This document shows positions 16,313 to 25,487 of a stretch of 34,036 nt of DNA, in pieces. Within the stretch, counting starts at the first letter, position 1; each line of letters begins with the position of its first letter. The notes beneath the pieces are model-generated. The model was not told the origin of the DNA. It ran no database searches and saw nothing but the letters and a program-made list of their open reading frames with translations. The translations under genes were made by a program, and so were the position numbers. This stretch comes from a virus: the IMG/VR virus record IMGVR_UViG_2599185304_000001; one strand, 5' to 3'.

Positions 16313-16845
16313 TTCAGGCACAGCTCCATTTCGGCCAGTCGGCGGTTGTGCAGGCCCTGAATGAACCGCTTGCGGCCCTGGGCGTCGGTCACAAAGGCCC
16401 AGACTGGGGTTTTCCCGTCCGGCGCCCATGCCAGCGCCCGGCAACCTTCGGCAATGCGCCCAGCGTTGATCAGCCCCACCGCCCGACTGGCGCAGGTGCC
16501 GGGCGTGCCGACGTTATGCCCGTGACTGCTCAACGCGTCGAAGGTGTTCTGGCCCACATCCTGGTTGGTGATGCAGTCCGCCAACTGCAACTGTCCTTTG
16601 CTGATCACCAACTGTTCCACCTCGGCGCAGCGGGCGTCGGACCAGTAGTCGCCGACCACAACAGGAAAGGGGCTGGTGTGGCGGGTGATGCCCTTGCAGA
16701 CGGTGGGCAGCCCACCGGCCAGCTTGTCCGCATAGACGGTGTTCTGGCCGTGGCCTTCCCAGGTGCCCAGGAAGACCACCAGCGGGGCGCTGGCCAGCGC
16801 CAGCGCGCCGGCCTGGATCTTTCCGCGCAGGCTCACGGGAACCAC
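16309..16845 (-). CDS. Phage lysozyme (GH24-like) with probable SAR N-terminal domain
   Basis: WEGHGQNTVYADKLAGGLPTVCKGITRH catalytic region. The N-terminal segment GKIQAGALALASAPLVVFLG is Gly/Ala-rich and only weakly hydrophobic. Confidence 0.8.
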   Translation of the reverse strand: MVPVSLRGKIQAGALALASAPLVVFLGTWEGHGQNTVYADKLAGGLPTVCKGITRHTSPFPVVVGDYWSDARCAEVEQLVISKGQLQLADCITNQDVGQNTFDALSSHGHNVGTPGTCASRAVGLINAGRIAEGCRALAWAPDGKTPVWAFVTDAQGRKRFIQGLHNRRLAEMELCLK

Positions 16846-17129
16846 ACTCGCAGCACGGCCGGCACGACCATTTGCAGCACCGCGCCGACCAGCGTCAGGA
16901 TGGTCAGCAGGCGGCCGACTTTCGACGAGATGTCATTGACCGCCACCGTCAGCGTCTGCTGGCCGGCGTTGAGTTCCGATAGCTGGCGAGCCATGTGTTC
17001 AAAGCCTTGTTCCAGCTTCGTGACGCGGGTCGGGACGGTTTCGTGGCGGTCTTCCAGCTCAGTCAACCGGTGCTCGATCACGGCCATTTTCTGCTCCATC
17101 GATCCGAGGCGAACGGCTTCAGTGGTCAT
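16833..17129 (-). CDS. Coiled-coil protein with a single C-terminal TMD; possible holin or lysis-associated protein
   Basis: C-terminal LLTILTLVGAVLQMVVPAVLRVWF. It lies immediately upstream of the endolysin. It is not a canonical 2- or 3-TMD holin. Confidence 0.35.
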   Translation of the reverse strand: MTTEAVRLGSMEQKMAVIEHRLTELEDRHETVPTRVTKLEQGFEHMARQLSELNAGQQTLTVAVNDISSKVGRLLTILTLVGAVLQMVVPAVLRVWFP

Positions 17130-17338
17130 GTGCGCTTACTCTTTTCGTGGCCGCTCTGGCAGGGGACGCAGCGGGTCATGCCGCCCAGGGCCCGGCGTGC
17201 AGCCGGGATTTCGTTGTCGCAGTCCTGGCAATGGGTCAGGCTTGGCCCGACCGGCCGGGGCTGGCGCAGCTGGGCCTGGATTGCCTGGTCACGTTGGCGC
17301 TGCTCCAGTTCCTGGGCGCGGTCGAACCAATCCACCAT
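17126..17338 (-). CDS. TraR/DksA-family zinc-finger protein
   Basis: C-x2-C (CQDC) and C-x2-C (CVPC) pairs in a 70-aa protein with an N-terminal helical part. Confidence 0.75.
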   Translation of the reverse strand: MVDWFDRAQELEQRQRDQAIQAQLRQPRPVGPSLTHCQDCDNEIPAARRALGGMTRCVPCQSGHEKSKRT

Positions 17339-17790
17339 CAGCGCAGGCCCTCGATCTCGGTCGCGTCGAGGTACGGCACGCCGTTGATGTGGATGAAGTC
17401 CGGACTGGTGACGTCGAACGGCACCTTGTGCTTGGACTTTTCGCCGCCCTTCGGATCGATCGCCAACAGGCTGGAGATTTTCACCTTGCAGCCGAACGCC
17501 TCCACGCGCAGCTCCTCGTCCTCGCCGGCCTTGGCGAAGAACACCGCGTCAAAAGGCTTGAGCGCCCGGAAGCTGCCCGCCGACCGCGCCGCGTCGATCA
17601 GCAAATTGAAGTTGGTGGTATCCAGCTCGAACTCGCCGGCGGCGGCTACGTCGCCGTCCACGGTGCCATCGGGCACGCCCCGGGTTTGCGCCACGGCCGA
17701 GTTGTCGGTGATGTCCAGGGTGCAGTTCTCGACGTGCAGCGACAGGTCGCCCAGGCTCACGTCGAAGTTCTTGCCGCCAATCTTTGCCAT
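17338..17790 (-). CDS. Putative tail tube protein
   Basis: 150 aa, directly downstream of the sheath-like gene. I recall a DUF2597-like family but did not verify it. Confidence 0.55.
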   Translation of the reverse strand: MAKIGGKNFDVSLGDLSLHVENCTLDITDNSAVAQTRGVPDGTVDGDVAAAGEFELDTTNFNLLIDAARSAGSFRALKPFDAVFFAKAGEDEELRVEAFGCKVKISSLLAIDPKGGEKSKHKVPFDVTSPDFIHINGVPYLDATEIEGLR

Positions 17791-17796
17791 GGCGCG

Positions 17797-18912
17797 TTAC
17801 TCCGTTTTATCGGTGGAAAGATCCAGGGCGATGTTCGCCGTGAGGTCTTTCGGGCAGTTGAGGGGTTTGAGCTTGATGTAGGCCGCCACCTTGATTTTGC
17901 TGAGCCAGCTCAGCACCAGGTCGCCGTCCTTCGGCGGCTCGATGTCGCCGGGGAACACCTCGCCGTTGAACGAGGTGGACTTGGCCATGGCGCGCAGAGG
18001 GGCCATCAGTTGGTTGGTGTTGACCGCCATGCTGTTGGGTGTGCTGTTCAGTCGGCGATCGGCCACCCGGCGAATCAGCAGCGGACGGATCAGGCGAGCG
18101 GCCTTGTCGGTGATGCGCAGGTATTCCACGACCTGGAAGTCACTGGCAGGGGTGTCGAGCATGTTGCCGTCGCCCCAGTACACGCCCTGGTAATCCGGGT
18201 AGGTCTGCGAAACGGAGTAACGGGCGCGGTCCAGTTCACTGCGAACAGCCGAGGGCAGCGGCACCTTGTCGCCGTCGATCGGTACAGGGCCGAGACCGAG
18301 CACCGGACCGGTGGCCACCCGCATTGGGCTGTCGGCAATGCTCACTGCAGCGTTGGCCAGGCGGCCGGCCAACACGCCCAGGTCGTTGCCATGAAGTTGC
18401 GGCACCGGCAGGACACGCGGCGCTGCGACGTTCGCCACCAGGGCTTTCTGCTCGGCGACGTACTGCGACCAGGTCTGTTCGGCAGTGATGCCGGCAGTGG
18501 CGGCCATGACAAACACGCGGCGTCCGTAGATGTTGTTCAAGGACACAGCCGCGTCGTGCATGGCTGTGAACTCGGCGGACGTGGTGACCGGCTTGGTAAT
18601 CACTACCGCTTCCACGGAGAAGCCCTGCTGCTGAGCTTTCTCCAGGGCTTCGGCCCAGTTGCCTTCGACGCCGATCGGTGCCGCGACACAGGCCCAGCGC
18701 TGGCCACCGTTGAGACGGGCGGCGGTGATTTGGGTTTTCAGGTCGCTTGCCGGAATGCCCAGGGCAGCGTCCAGGTCGCTGTCGGTGTTCAGCGGGATGA
18801 ACTGGCCGACGTTCTTTCCGGCCGGGCCGATGAAAAGGAAGTAGCGCTCAATCTCTGTTACGGCACCCTGGCCCAGATTGAGATTGTCGACGGTGACTTG
18901 ACCGAGTGCCAT
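17797..18912 (-). CDS. Putative contractile tail sheath protein
   Basis: 371 aa, first gene of the sheath/tube pair. I recall a DUF2586-like family but did not verify it. Confidence 0.6.
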   Translation of the reverse strand: MALGQVTVDNLNLGQGAVTEIERYFLFIGPAGKNVGQFIPLNTDSDLDAALGIPASDLKTQITAARLNGGQRWACVAAPIGVEGNWAEALEKAQQQGFSVEAVVITKPVTTSAEFTAMHDAAVSLNNIYGRRVFVMAATAGITAEQTWSQYVAEQKALVANVAAPRVLPVPQLHGNDLGVLAGRLANAAVSIADSPMRVATGPVLGLGPVPIDGDKVPLPSAVRSELDRARYSVSQTYPDYQGVYWGDGNMLDTPASDFQVVEYLRITDKAARLIRPLLIRRVADRRLNSTPNSMAVNTNQLMAPLRAMAKSTSFNGEVFPGDIEPPKDGDLVLSWLSKIKVAAYIKLKPLNCPKDLTANIALDLSTDKTE

Positions 18913-18923
18913 GCAGTGCCTCG

Positions 18924-19607
18924 CTAGCGGGGTGAAATTAGGATTTGTTGCAACACCTGGTTAACCAACAGGCTGGTGTCGCGTTGGGTGTTGGCGCCGA
19001 TGAACTGGCGTTTCGGCAGGGTGATTTCCCAGCTCTGCGCGCCGCTGGACTCGTTGCGCTCGTCATCCAGGATGCGGATCAGCAGACCGGCCTGGGCGTA
19101 GTTCACGTGTTCCTGGATCCACGCCACAGACGGTCGGGACAGCGTTTTCTTGCCGGCCTGGCGCACGCGGAACCCCAGCCGGCGCAGGCGCTTGGCTTGC
19201 TTTTCGCTGGCGGCCAGGCCCGGTGCGGTCTTGTTCCAGCGGCGCATCTGCGCGGCGGTGCGTCGCTCGCTGACGCCGTTGTGCTGCTGGGTGGCGACCC
19301 AGCGGGTCAGGGCGTTTTTCCAACCCAGTTCCGCCTCGTCGGCGCTCAGGCGGGTCACCACCATCAGCTTGGCCAGACCGGCTTCCATCTTCTTCTTGCC
19401 CTTGCCGTCGCCCTTACGGGGGGCAAAGGGCGAGCCGTCCAGGTTCTGCTGATCGCGCACACGCTTGCGGCTCATCGTCCGCACGCGTTTGGTGACCTGG
19501 TTGAGCAACCGGCGGCGCAGTTTGGGCGGTAGGCTCAGCAACGCCAGTTGCTCGCGCACGCCGAGCTGGCCGCGTACGTCGAGTTCGAACGTGCTACGCC
19601 CGGCCAT
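18924..19607 (-). CDS. Virion morphogenesis / tail completion protein (gpS-like)
   Basis: RVRDQQNLDGSPFAPRK matches the Q..pdG.pw.p.k pattern of the Phage_tail_S family. ATG 19607 was chosen; the ORF opens at 19646. Confidence 0.65.
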   Translation of the reverse strand: MAGRSTFELDVRGQLGVREQLALLSLPPKLRRRLLNQVTKRVRTMSRKRVRDQQNLDGSPFAPRKGDGKGKKKMEAGLAKLMVVTRLSADEAELGWKNALTRWVATQQHNGVSERRTAAQMRRWNKTAPGLAASEKQAKRLRRLGFRVRQAGKKTLSRPSVAWIQEHVNYAQAGLLIRILDDERNESSGAQSWEITLPKRQFIGANTQRDTSLLVNQVLQQILISPR

Positions 19608-20046
19608 CGGTGGCCACCTCGCCGCGTTCAGCAATCCACAGGTCAAAAGGAACGAATGCCCAGGTCTTGCCGAAGGCCTGGATCTCGCCGGCGGGATCCT
19701 CGGCCAGGTACTGCGGCTCGACGAATTCTAGGCTGATTTCCACGTCGAACAGGTCATTGTCCAGCGGCTCGACGGCGAACTGCGGCGCCGGCAATTCGTG
19801 CCGATCGCGGTCCGGATCGTGGGTTTCCAGCCAACTGCCGATCAGGGCCATCAGTCGCGCCGGATGGTCGGCGAAGCTCTCCAGGACGATCGCGGCGCGG
19901 TAGCGCATGTCGCCCAGGTGCATGCCGTCCAGGTCGGGTTTCCACACCAGGTTGAGCGTTACCTGCTCGGTCCAGCCGTCAAGCAGTTCAGGCTCGACCA
20001 GGCGGCGCTCCAGCAGATAGGCGGTGAGGCTTTGCAGCTTGGTCAT
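19594..20046 (-). CDS. Tail completion protein (gpR-like)
   Basis: Lies between the gpL-like and gpS-like genes, with size matching P2 gpR. Confidence 0.6.
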   Translation of the reverse strand: MTKLQSLTAYLLERRLVEPELLDGWTEQVTLNLVWKPDLDGMHLGDMRYRAAIVLESFADHPARLMALIGSWLETHDPDRDRHELPAPQFAVEPLDNDLFDVEISLEFVEPQYLAEDPAGEIQAFGKTWAFVPFDLWIAERGEVATDGRA

Positions 20047-20513
20047 AGCAGCGCCGCCGTGATGCGGCCACGGCCCTGCAAGGCACGCACGGCCGACTGG
20101 CTGAAGGCGAGAAAGGTGTCTTCACGCTCGGGAGCTTCCTTGCCGGTGTTCTCGGCGCTTTCGCGGCGGGTCACGGTCGCGAACTGCTGCAACGCGCTGG
20201 CTTTGGCGCGGCAGTAAACGGCGCGTTTGTAGAGCATTGCTTTGTGCGCAAAGCCCCAACCTGCGGGGGTTCGCACGCCTGCAACAGCGGTCAGATTGGA
20301 TACGCCACTATCTTGCAGGGTGGCTTTTGCGGCGGTCAGATCCTCGTTGACTTCGACCATGGCGATAGTCAGGGCATCGGTCAGCAGATCGCCCAGGAAT
20401 TCAGCCGGCAGGCGATAGCCCTTCTGGAATTCGGACACGGAGAGGTTCGGCCAGAAGCCGTCATTCTCAATCGTCTGGTCCACAAAGGTGGTGGGTTTCC
20501 CGGAAAAGCTCAT
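20043..20513 (-). CDS. Head completion/stabilisation protein (gpL-like)
   Basis: The FWPNLSVSEFQKGYR motif resembles P2 gpL. Position fits. Confidence 0.75.
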   Translation of the reverse strand: MSFSGKPTTFVDQTIENDGFWPNLSVSEFQKGYRLPAEFLGDLLTDALTIAMVEVNEDLTAAKATLQDSGVSNLTAVAGVRTPAGWGFAHKAMLYKRAVYCRAKASALQQFATVTRRESAENTGKEAPEREDTFLAFSQSAVRALQGRGRITAALL

Positions 20514-20609
20514 GCTGACCGCTCAAATAGGGCGGGGAGACTGTTTCTCGTGGGGCTGGCCATAAATGGCAGACTCACGTCCACAGTTCCCCGCTGGGGG
20601 GGTAGTCGG

Positions 20610-21332
20610 TTATTCGGCGCCTTGAACGGCGGGTGTTTGTTTTGCCAGTGCCTTGCGGCATTTCTTGATGCGTGTCTCGTTGCCGGCCTTGGCATACAAC
20701 TCGGAGGAGCGCTCCAAGTGCTTGAGCGCGGTTTCCCACTGCTCGGCCTCCATGGCGCGTATGCCAATCAACTTGTGGTACTTGCTAGGGATCTGCTCCG
20801 TCAGCTCCCATTCACCGTCAACACGCGGCAGCAGATCGGACAGATAAGGCTCCGGGCTGCGCTGGGCGTTGTATTCGGTATAAGCCCACTCGATCACAGC
20901 GTCCGCGACGAACGTCTGCACATCGCGGCGCTTGAAGCGCTCCGGCATTTCCTGCCCTTGCCCGATAGCAAAGTCCGCCAGCTCCAGCCCGTCTTCGAAC
21001 TGCTCGGTGTCGAACAGCCAGATCATCACCTGCACCAGGACGCGGTTCGGCATGACCAGGCCCGACTCCATGTAGCGCTGGATGAAGTCCTGGTACTTGG
21101 GCAGCAATTCCTCACGCTTGAGTGCCTGCTTACTGGCCAGGTTCTTGAGCGCGCTCAGGCGCTCCAGGTCCTGGTCCAAAGAGGCTTCCATCAGCAGCAG
21201 GTGTTTCTTGGCATTGGCCGGGCTGCTCAGGGATTCCGCCGGCGAATACGCCAGCGGCGCGGCGGCAGCCGCGACTACGGCTGCGCTCCCCAAAGCCAAG
21301 GTGCGGCGCTTGTGGGCAAGGGCCAGGCTCAT
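20610..21332 (-). CDS. Terminase small/endonuclease subunit (gpM-like)
   Basis: P2 order O-N-M-L. Family-like central region (VQVMIWLFD...FKRRDVQTF). Confidence 0.75.
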   Translation of the reverse strand: MSLALAHKRRTLALGSAAVVAAAAAPLAYSPAESLSSPANAKKHLLLMEASLDQDLERLSALKNLASKQALKREELLPKYQDFIQRYMESGLVMPNRVLVQVMIWLFDTEQFEDGLELADFAIGQGQEMPERFKRRDVQTFVADAVIEWAYTEYNAQRSPEPYLSDLLPRVDGEWELTEQIPSKYHKLIGIRAMEAEQWETALKHLERSSELYAKAGNETRIKKCRKALAKQTPAVQGAE

Positions 21333-22348
21333 GCGACCAGCTCCACGTTCTCGGTCAACGCGATTTTCTCCAGTTGCTCGATCACGTAGCCCTCATTGCG
21401 GCTGTTGTAATCCTCGACACGGGAGCGTTTCGGGTTGTCCACGGCTTGCTTGCGCCAGCTCGAATCCTGGAAGTAGATCGAGAGGTTGTCCCAACTGGTG
21501 ACCAGCACGGCGTTGACCGGGAAGTTCGGCACGCTGAATGACGGCAGACCGCCATAGGTCGCGATGACCTGAAGGTTTTCGATGCGCTCTTTTTCGGTCG
21601 GGGTATCGCCCTGCTTGGTGTACAGCTTGGCCTTGTCGGCCGCCAACAGGTCCGAACCGATGATTGCTACCAGGTCGCCGTCTTCGCGCAGGATCTCGTC
21701 GACCATCTGTTTGGTGTCATGCACCAGGGCGTCCAGGTTGGCGTAATCACCGCCTGGGCCGAGGGTGACCTTGCCGGCCACCTTGCCTTCCTTGAGCACT
21801 TGCTGCGGGGCCTGCTCGCGCAGTTGTTGCAGCCAGCCCTTGTTCACGTCTTGCAGCTTGGGATTGGCTGCCAAATCGGTCTGGATTGCCGCGTGAGTGC
21901 CATGGAAACCGATAACGATACGGTCCTGGGCAATGCGCTTCTGCACAGCGGCGGAATAGCGGTCTTTGAAGTCGGGAAACTTAGCCCAGGCATCGATCTT
22001 CGCGTATGGCAGTCCCACGTCGGACTGGGTGTCGCTCAGTTCGTAGGTGGTGTTTTCCAGCGCCGACGCATCCTTGGCCTCGCGGTCGGTGGTCTTGGTG
22101 TTGGTGCGGCCAGTGACCGGGCCGTTCACACCGATGAACACCTTTTCACCCTTGATTTCACTGACCGGAACGACGTTGATGCGCTCCAGGAAGTCGGCCT
22201 TGGCGGTAATCGCGTCGTTCAGTTCCTGAGCGGTCGACGGATCAACGCTGAACATGCGGCTGGCGTGTTCGACGCCGTAGGCTTCAGCCATCGCCTCCTG
22301 CAACTCGGCGTACTGCTTGGCGCCTTTGGCGCTCAGTGGCTGGGCCAT
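21329..22348 (-). CDS. Major capsid protein (P2 gpN family)
   Basis: 339 aa, lying between the scaffold and gpM-like genes. Confidence 0.85.
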   Translation of the reverse strand: MAQPLSAKGAKQYAELQEAMAEAYGVEHASRMFSVDPSTAQELNDAITAKADFLERINVVPVSEIKGEKVFIGVNGPVTGRTNTKTTDREAKDASALENTTYELSDTQSDVGLPYAKIDAWAKFPDFKDRYSAAVQKRIAQDRIVIGFHGTHAAIQTDLAANPKLQDVNKGWLQQLREQAPQQVLKEGKVAGKVTLGPGGDYANLDALVHDTKQMVDEILREDGDLVAIIGSDLLAADKAKLYTKQGDTPTEKERIENLQVIATYGGLPSFSVPNFPVNAVLVTSWDNLSIYFQDSSWRKQAVDNPKRSRVEDYNSRNEGYVIEQLEKIALTENVELVA

Positions 22349-22349
22349 G

Positions 22350-23273
22350 TCAGAGCACCTTTTTCTTGGTTGCGGTTACCGGGCCGGTGTTGCGTGGAAG
22401 CTGGCGACCGGTGGATGTGTTCTGCATTGCAGTGAACTGCTTCTGCAAAGCGGCCATGCTCGCCAGCAACTGCTTGTTGGTGGCGGCGGCTTTACTGTTG
22501 AACTCGCGTTCTTCTTCGGCAGTCGTGACGATCGCGTCTACGGCTGCGCTCACGTCATCGACCAGGCCCTGGTCGGCATCGGGTGCGTCTGCGGCGGCGG
22601 GCTCGATGACGGCCTGAATGCCGGCAGCGACGACCAGCAGCTGTTCCAGCAGGGCTTTTAAAGCCGTTGCGGTAGCTTCATCCATTGGGGGTTTGCTCTC
22701 GGTTGGGGTGGTAGGGGTGTCGGTGGCCGGAGTCTCAAGACTGAACCGCTTGAATAATCCGGTAAGTAAGGCGGTCAGCTTGCCCAGCTCGCCTTTGGGT
22801 TCTTTGTCGTGAAAGGAACCCAGCTCAACCGATGCGGCGTAGTAAGAGGCGCGGCTGGTTTTGTTGGAAAAGTAGAGTTCCTGGGTGCCGGTGCTGGCGG
22901 GCTCATCCGTGACCGCCAAGCCAGTCATGTACGCTTTGCCTCGGCCGCGGAAATTCGGGAGGATCTCGACGCTGGAGAAGAGTTTTTCCCCGGCATCGTT
23001 GAGGCGCAGCAGTTTGTCGTTGGGCTTCAACTGCGCTTCAAGGGCGACTTGGCCAGGCTCCAGATCCTCGGCCTCTTCAATCAGGCGAAGGGCATAGACC
23101 GTTCCGAACGAGCCAGACCAGCGCTCGTGCTCGCACCAGATAACGGCGGTGTACAGCGCTGGGTTGTAGGTTTCGGCGCAGTCGCGCAGTTCCTGGGGCA
23201 GGATCTCGCGGCCATCGACGGTCGGGCCGCTGGTGGCAACACGTTTCCAGTAGGAGACAAGGGAACGGGGCAT
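22350..23273 (-). CDS. Capsid scaffolding protein (P2 gpO family)
   Basis: N-terminus RVATSGPTVDGREI...IWCEHERW is typical of GPO. First gene of the leftward late head operon. Confidence 0.8.
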   Translation of the reverse strand: MPRSLVSYWKRVATSGPTVDGREILPQELRDCAETYNPALYTAVIWCEHERWSGSFGTVYALRLIEEAEDLEPGQVALEAQLKPNDKLLRLNDAGEKLFSSVEILPNFRGRGKAYMTGLAVTDEPASTGTQELYFSNKTSRASYYAASVELGSFHDKEPKGELGKLTALLTGLFKRFSLETPATDTPTTPTESKPPMDEATATALKALLEQLLVVAAGIQAVIEPAAADAPDADQGLVDDVSAAVDAIVTTAEEEREFNSKAAATNKQLLASMAALQKQFTAMQNTSTGRQLPRNTGPVTATKKKVL

Positions 23274-23435
23274 AGGGGCAAACTGCGCTCAATCTGTTGA
23301 ATTGCCGCCACGATAGGGAGCCGTTTGCCCCCAAACAAACGGTTCAATTGCGCATATCTCCTAGATTCGAGATATAGGCGGATCGTGGCATTTAACCCCG
23401 CGTTTCCCGCCTTTTCGCCGCATAGACTGCGGCCC

Positions 23436-25487
23436 ATGTACTACTCGACCGAAGTTAAAGAAGCCGCCAAACGCCTTTTCCTGCGCCGCTGCAAGGCCAA
23501 GGAAATTCAGGCGCAGCTCAACCTGCCCAACATCCGGATCGTCTACTACTGGATCCGCCAGGGTGGTTGGGAGGACATGCTGTCCGATGAGGAACCGCTG
23601 ACGGCTGTAGGGCGGCGCATCACCCTGCTACTGGACAAAGCCACCAGCCTGACCAAAGACGAACTCAACGAACTGGATCGCCTGACCACGGTGCGCGAGC
23701 GGCTATTGAAGCAAGCGGCCAAGCCGTCACCGGCGCCGAACGGCGAGTCTCCGGCCGAGCCTCAGGAACGTCGCCAAGGCTCGCGTGGTGAACGACCTGG
23801 TCGAGGCGAAGGCAGCGGCAAGAAGCGCGAGAAGAAAGCCAAGAACGACATCAGCGGCCTGACCGAAGTCGATTTCCTGGATAAGTTCATCTCCAAGATG
23901 TACCGCTACCAGCAGGAGCTGTTCGAGGCCAAACAGAACCCGCTGACGCGCCGGATCCGCAACATCCTGAAAAGCCGCCAGGTAGGTCTGACCTACTACT
24001 TCGCCGGCGAGGCGTTCATGGACGCGGTGCTGACTGGGGACAACCAGGTGTTCCTGTCGGCCAGCCGAGCGCAGTCGGAGATTTTCCGTAGCTACATCGT
24101 CGGTTTCGCTCAGCAGTGGTTCGGTATCGAGCTGACCGGCAACCCCATCACACTCAGCAACGGCGCCGAGCTGCGCTTCCTCAGCACCAACAGCAGCACC
24201 GCCCAGGGCTACCATGGCCATGTCTACGTCGACGAATATTTCTGGATCCGCGACTTCGAGAAACTGAGCACCGTGGCCAGCGCCATGGGCACCCACAAGA
24301 AATGGCGCAAAACCTATTTCTCGACGCCCAGTGCGGTGTCGCACCAGGCGTACCCGTTCTGGTCCGGTGAAGAGTTCCGCAACAGCAAACGCGGCAAGAA
24401 AGCGGGTGGAACCTGGCCGAGCGAAGCGGCATACACCCAGGGCGCGCTGTGTCCGGACGGCCAATGGCGCAAGACGATTACCCTGGACGACGCGATCGCC
24501 GGCGGCTGCGATCTGTTCGACCTGGAGCAGTTGCAACTCGAATACGACGAGGACAAGTTCCAGCAGTTGTTTTATTGCAAGTTCATCGACAGCACACAGA
24601 GCGCGTTCGGCCTGAAAGACCTGGAGCGCTGCTACTCCGACCTGTCGCTGTGGGAAGACTACAAGCCCGACGATGACCGGCCATTCGGCAACAGCCCGGT
24701 CTGGCTGGGCTACGACCCGAGCCGTACCCGCGACGACGCGACGTGCGTGGTTATCGCGCCGCCACTCGAACCCGGGGCGAAGTTCCGGATCCTGGAAAAG
24801 CACAGTTGGCGTGGGCACTCGTTCACCTACCAGGCCGCCCAGGTCAAGAAGCTGACCGAGCGCTTCAACGTTCAGCACATCGGCATCGATGTCACCGGCG
24901 TGGGCTATGGCGTATTCGACCTGGTGCGTGACTTCTACTCGAAGGCGACGCCAATCCATTACAGCCTTGAAGCCAAGAACGCCCTGGTGCTCAAAGCCCA
25001 GGACACCATCCAGGGCAGCCGCATCGAATGGGATGCCGGCTGGACAGACATCGCCCAGGCCTTCCTGACCATCAAGCGCGGCGCCACGGGCAGCGGCCAG
25101 ATCACCTACAGCGCCTCACGCACCGACGCCACCGGCCACGCCGATATCGCCTGGGCGATCATGCACGCCCTGGCCAATGAACCCTTGAACACGAACAAGC
25201 GGCGCCGTAGCCGCTACCTCACGAGCGGAAACAATGTCCAAGCCACGACACAAAAAACGCCAGGTCGCCCAGCAGGCGCGTCAGCAACAGCCCATGCGGG
25301 CGTTCACATTCGGCGAGCCGGAACAGGTCCTGTCCGGCAACATCGGGGAATACCTGGGGGTGTTCCCCAGCGACGACGGCGAAATCTACAAGCCACCAGT
25401 TTCCCGGCCGGGGCTGGCCAAGCTGCTGCGCGCCAACGCGCACCACGGCGCCATTCCGAAGTTCAAGCGCAACCTGCTGTTGCGTGA
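23436..25487 (+). CDS. Terminase large (ATPase) subunit (P2 gpP family) with an unusual C-terminal extension overlapping the portal gene
   Basis: ATG 23436 (MYYSTEV). It is divergent from gpO as in P2. Its last 84 codons lie in an alternate frame of the portal ORF. Confidence 0.85.
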   Translation: MYYSTEVKEAAKRLFLRRCKAKEIQAQLNLPNIRIVYYWIRQGGWEDMLSDEEPLTAVGRRITLLLDKATSLTKDELNELDRLTTVRERLLKQAAKPSPAPNGESPAEPQERRQGSRGERPGRGEGSGKKREKKAKNDISGLTEVDFLDKFISKMYRYQQELFEAKQNPLTRRIRNILKSRQVGLTYYFAGEAFMDAVLTGDNQVFLSASRAQSEIFRSYIVGFAQQWFGIELTGNPITLSNGAELRFLSTNSSTAQGYHGHVYVDEYFWIRDFEKLSTVASAMGTHKKWRKTYFSTPSAVSHQAYPFWSGEEFRNSKRGKKAGGTWPSEAAYTQGALCPDGQWRKTITLDDAIAGGCDLFDLEQLQLEYDEDKFQQLFYCKFIDSTQSAFGLKDLERCYSDLSLWEDYKPDDDRPFGNSPVWLGYDPSRTRDDATCVVIAPPLEPGAKFRILEKHSWRGHSFTYQAAQVKKLTERFNVQHIGIDVTGVGYGVFDLVRDFYSKATPIHYSLEAKNALVLKAQDTIQGSRIEWDAGWTDIAQAFLTIKRGATGSGQITYSASRTDATGHADIAWAIMHALANEPLNTNKRRRSRYLTSGNNVQATTQKTPGRPAGASATAHAGVHIRRAGTGPVRQHRGIPGGVPQRRRRNLQATSFPAGAGQAAARQRAPRRHSEVQAQPAVA

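Noticed and set aside
16348-18927. 859-aa plus-strand ORF spanning the lysozyme, TraR, tube and sheath region
   Set aside because: It is antisense to a chain of well-supported, translationally coupled phage genes. The translation is Arg/Gly/Ala/Val-rich low-complexity sequence typical of open antisense frames in high-GC DNA, and it has no motifs.
23727-24959. 410-aa minus-strand ORF inside the terminase gene
   Set aside because: It is antisense to a recognisable terminase, with high-GC frame-artefact composition and no RBS context. The same reasoning applies to 20244..21389, 21719..22435, 8940..9818, 6960..7856 and 14213..15076.
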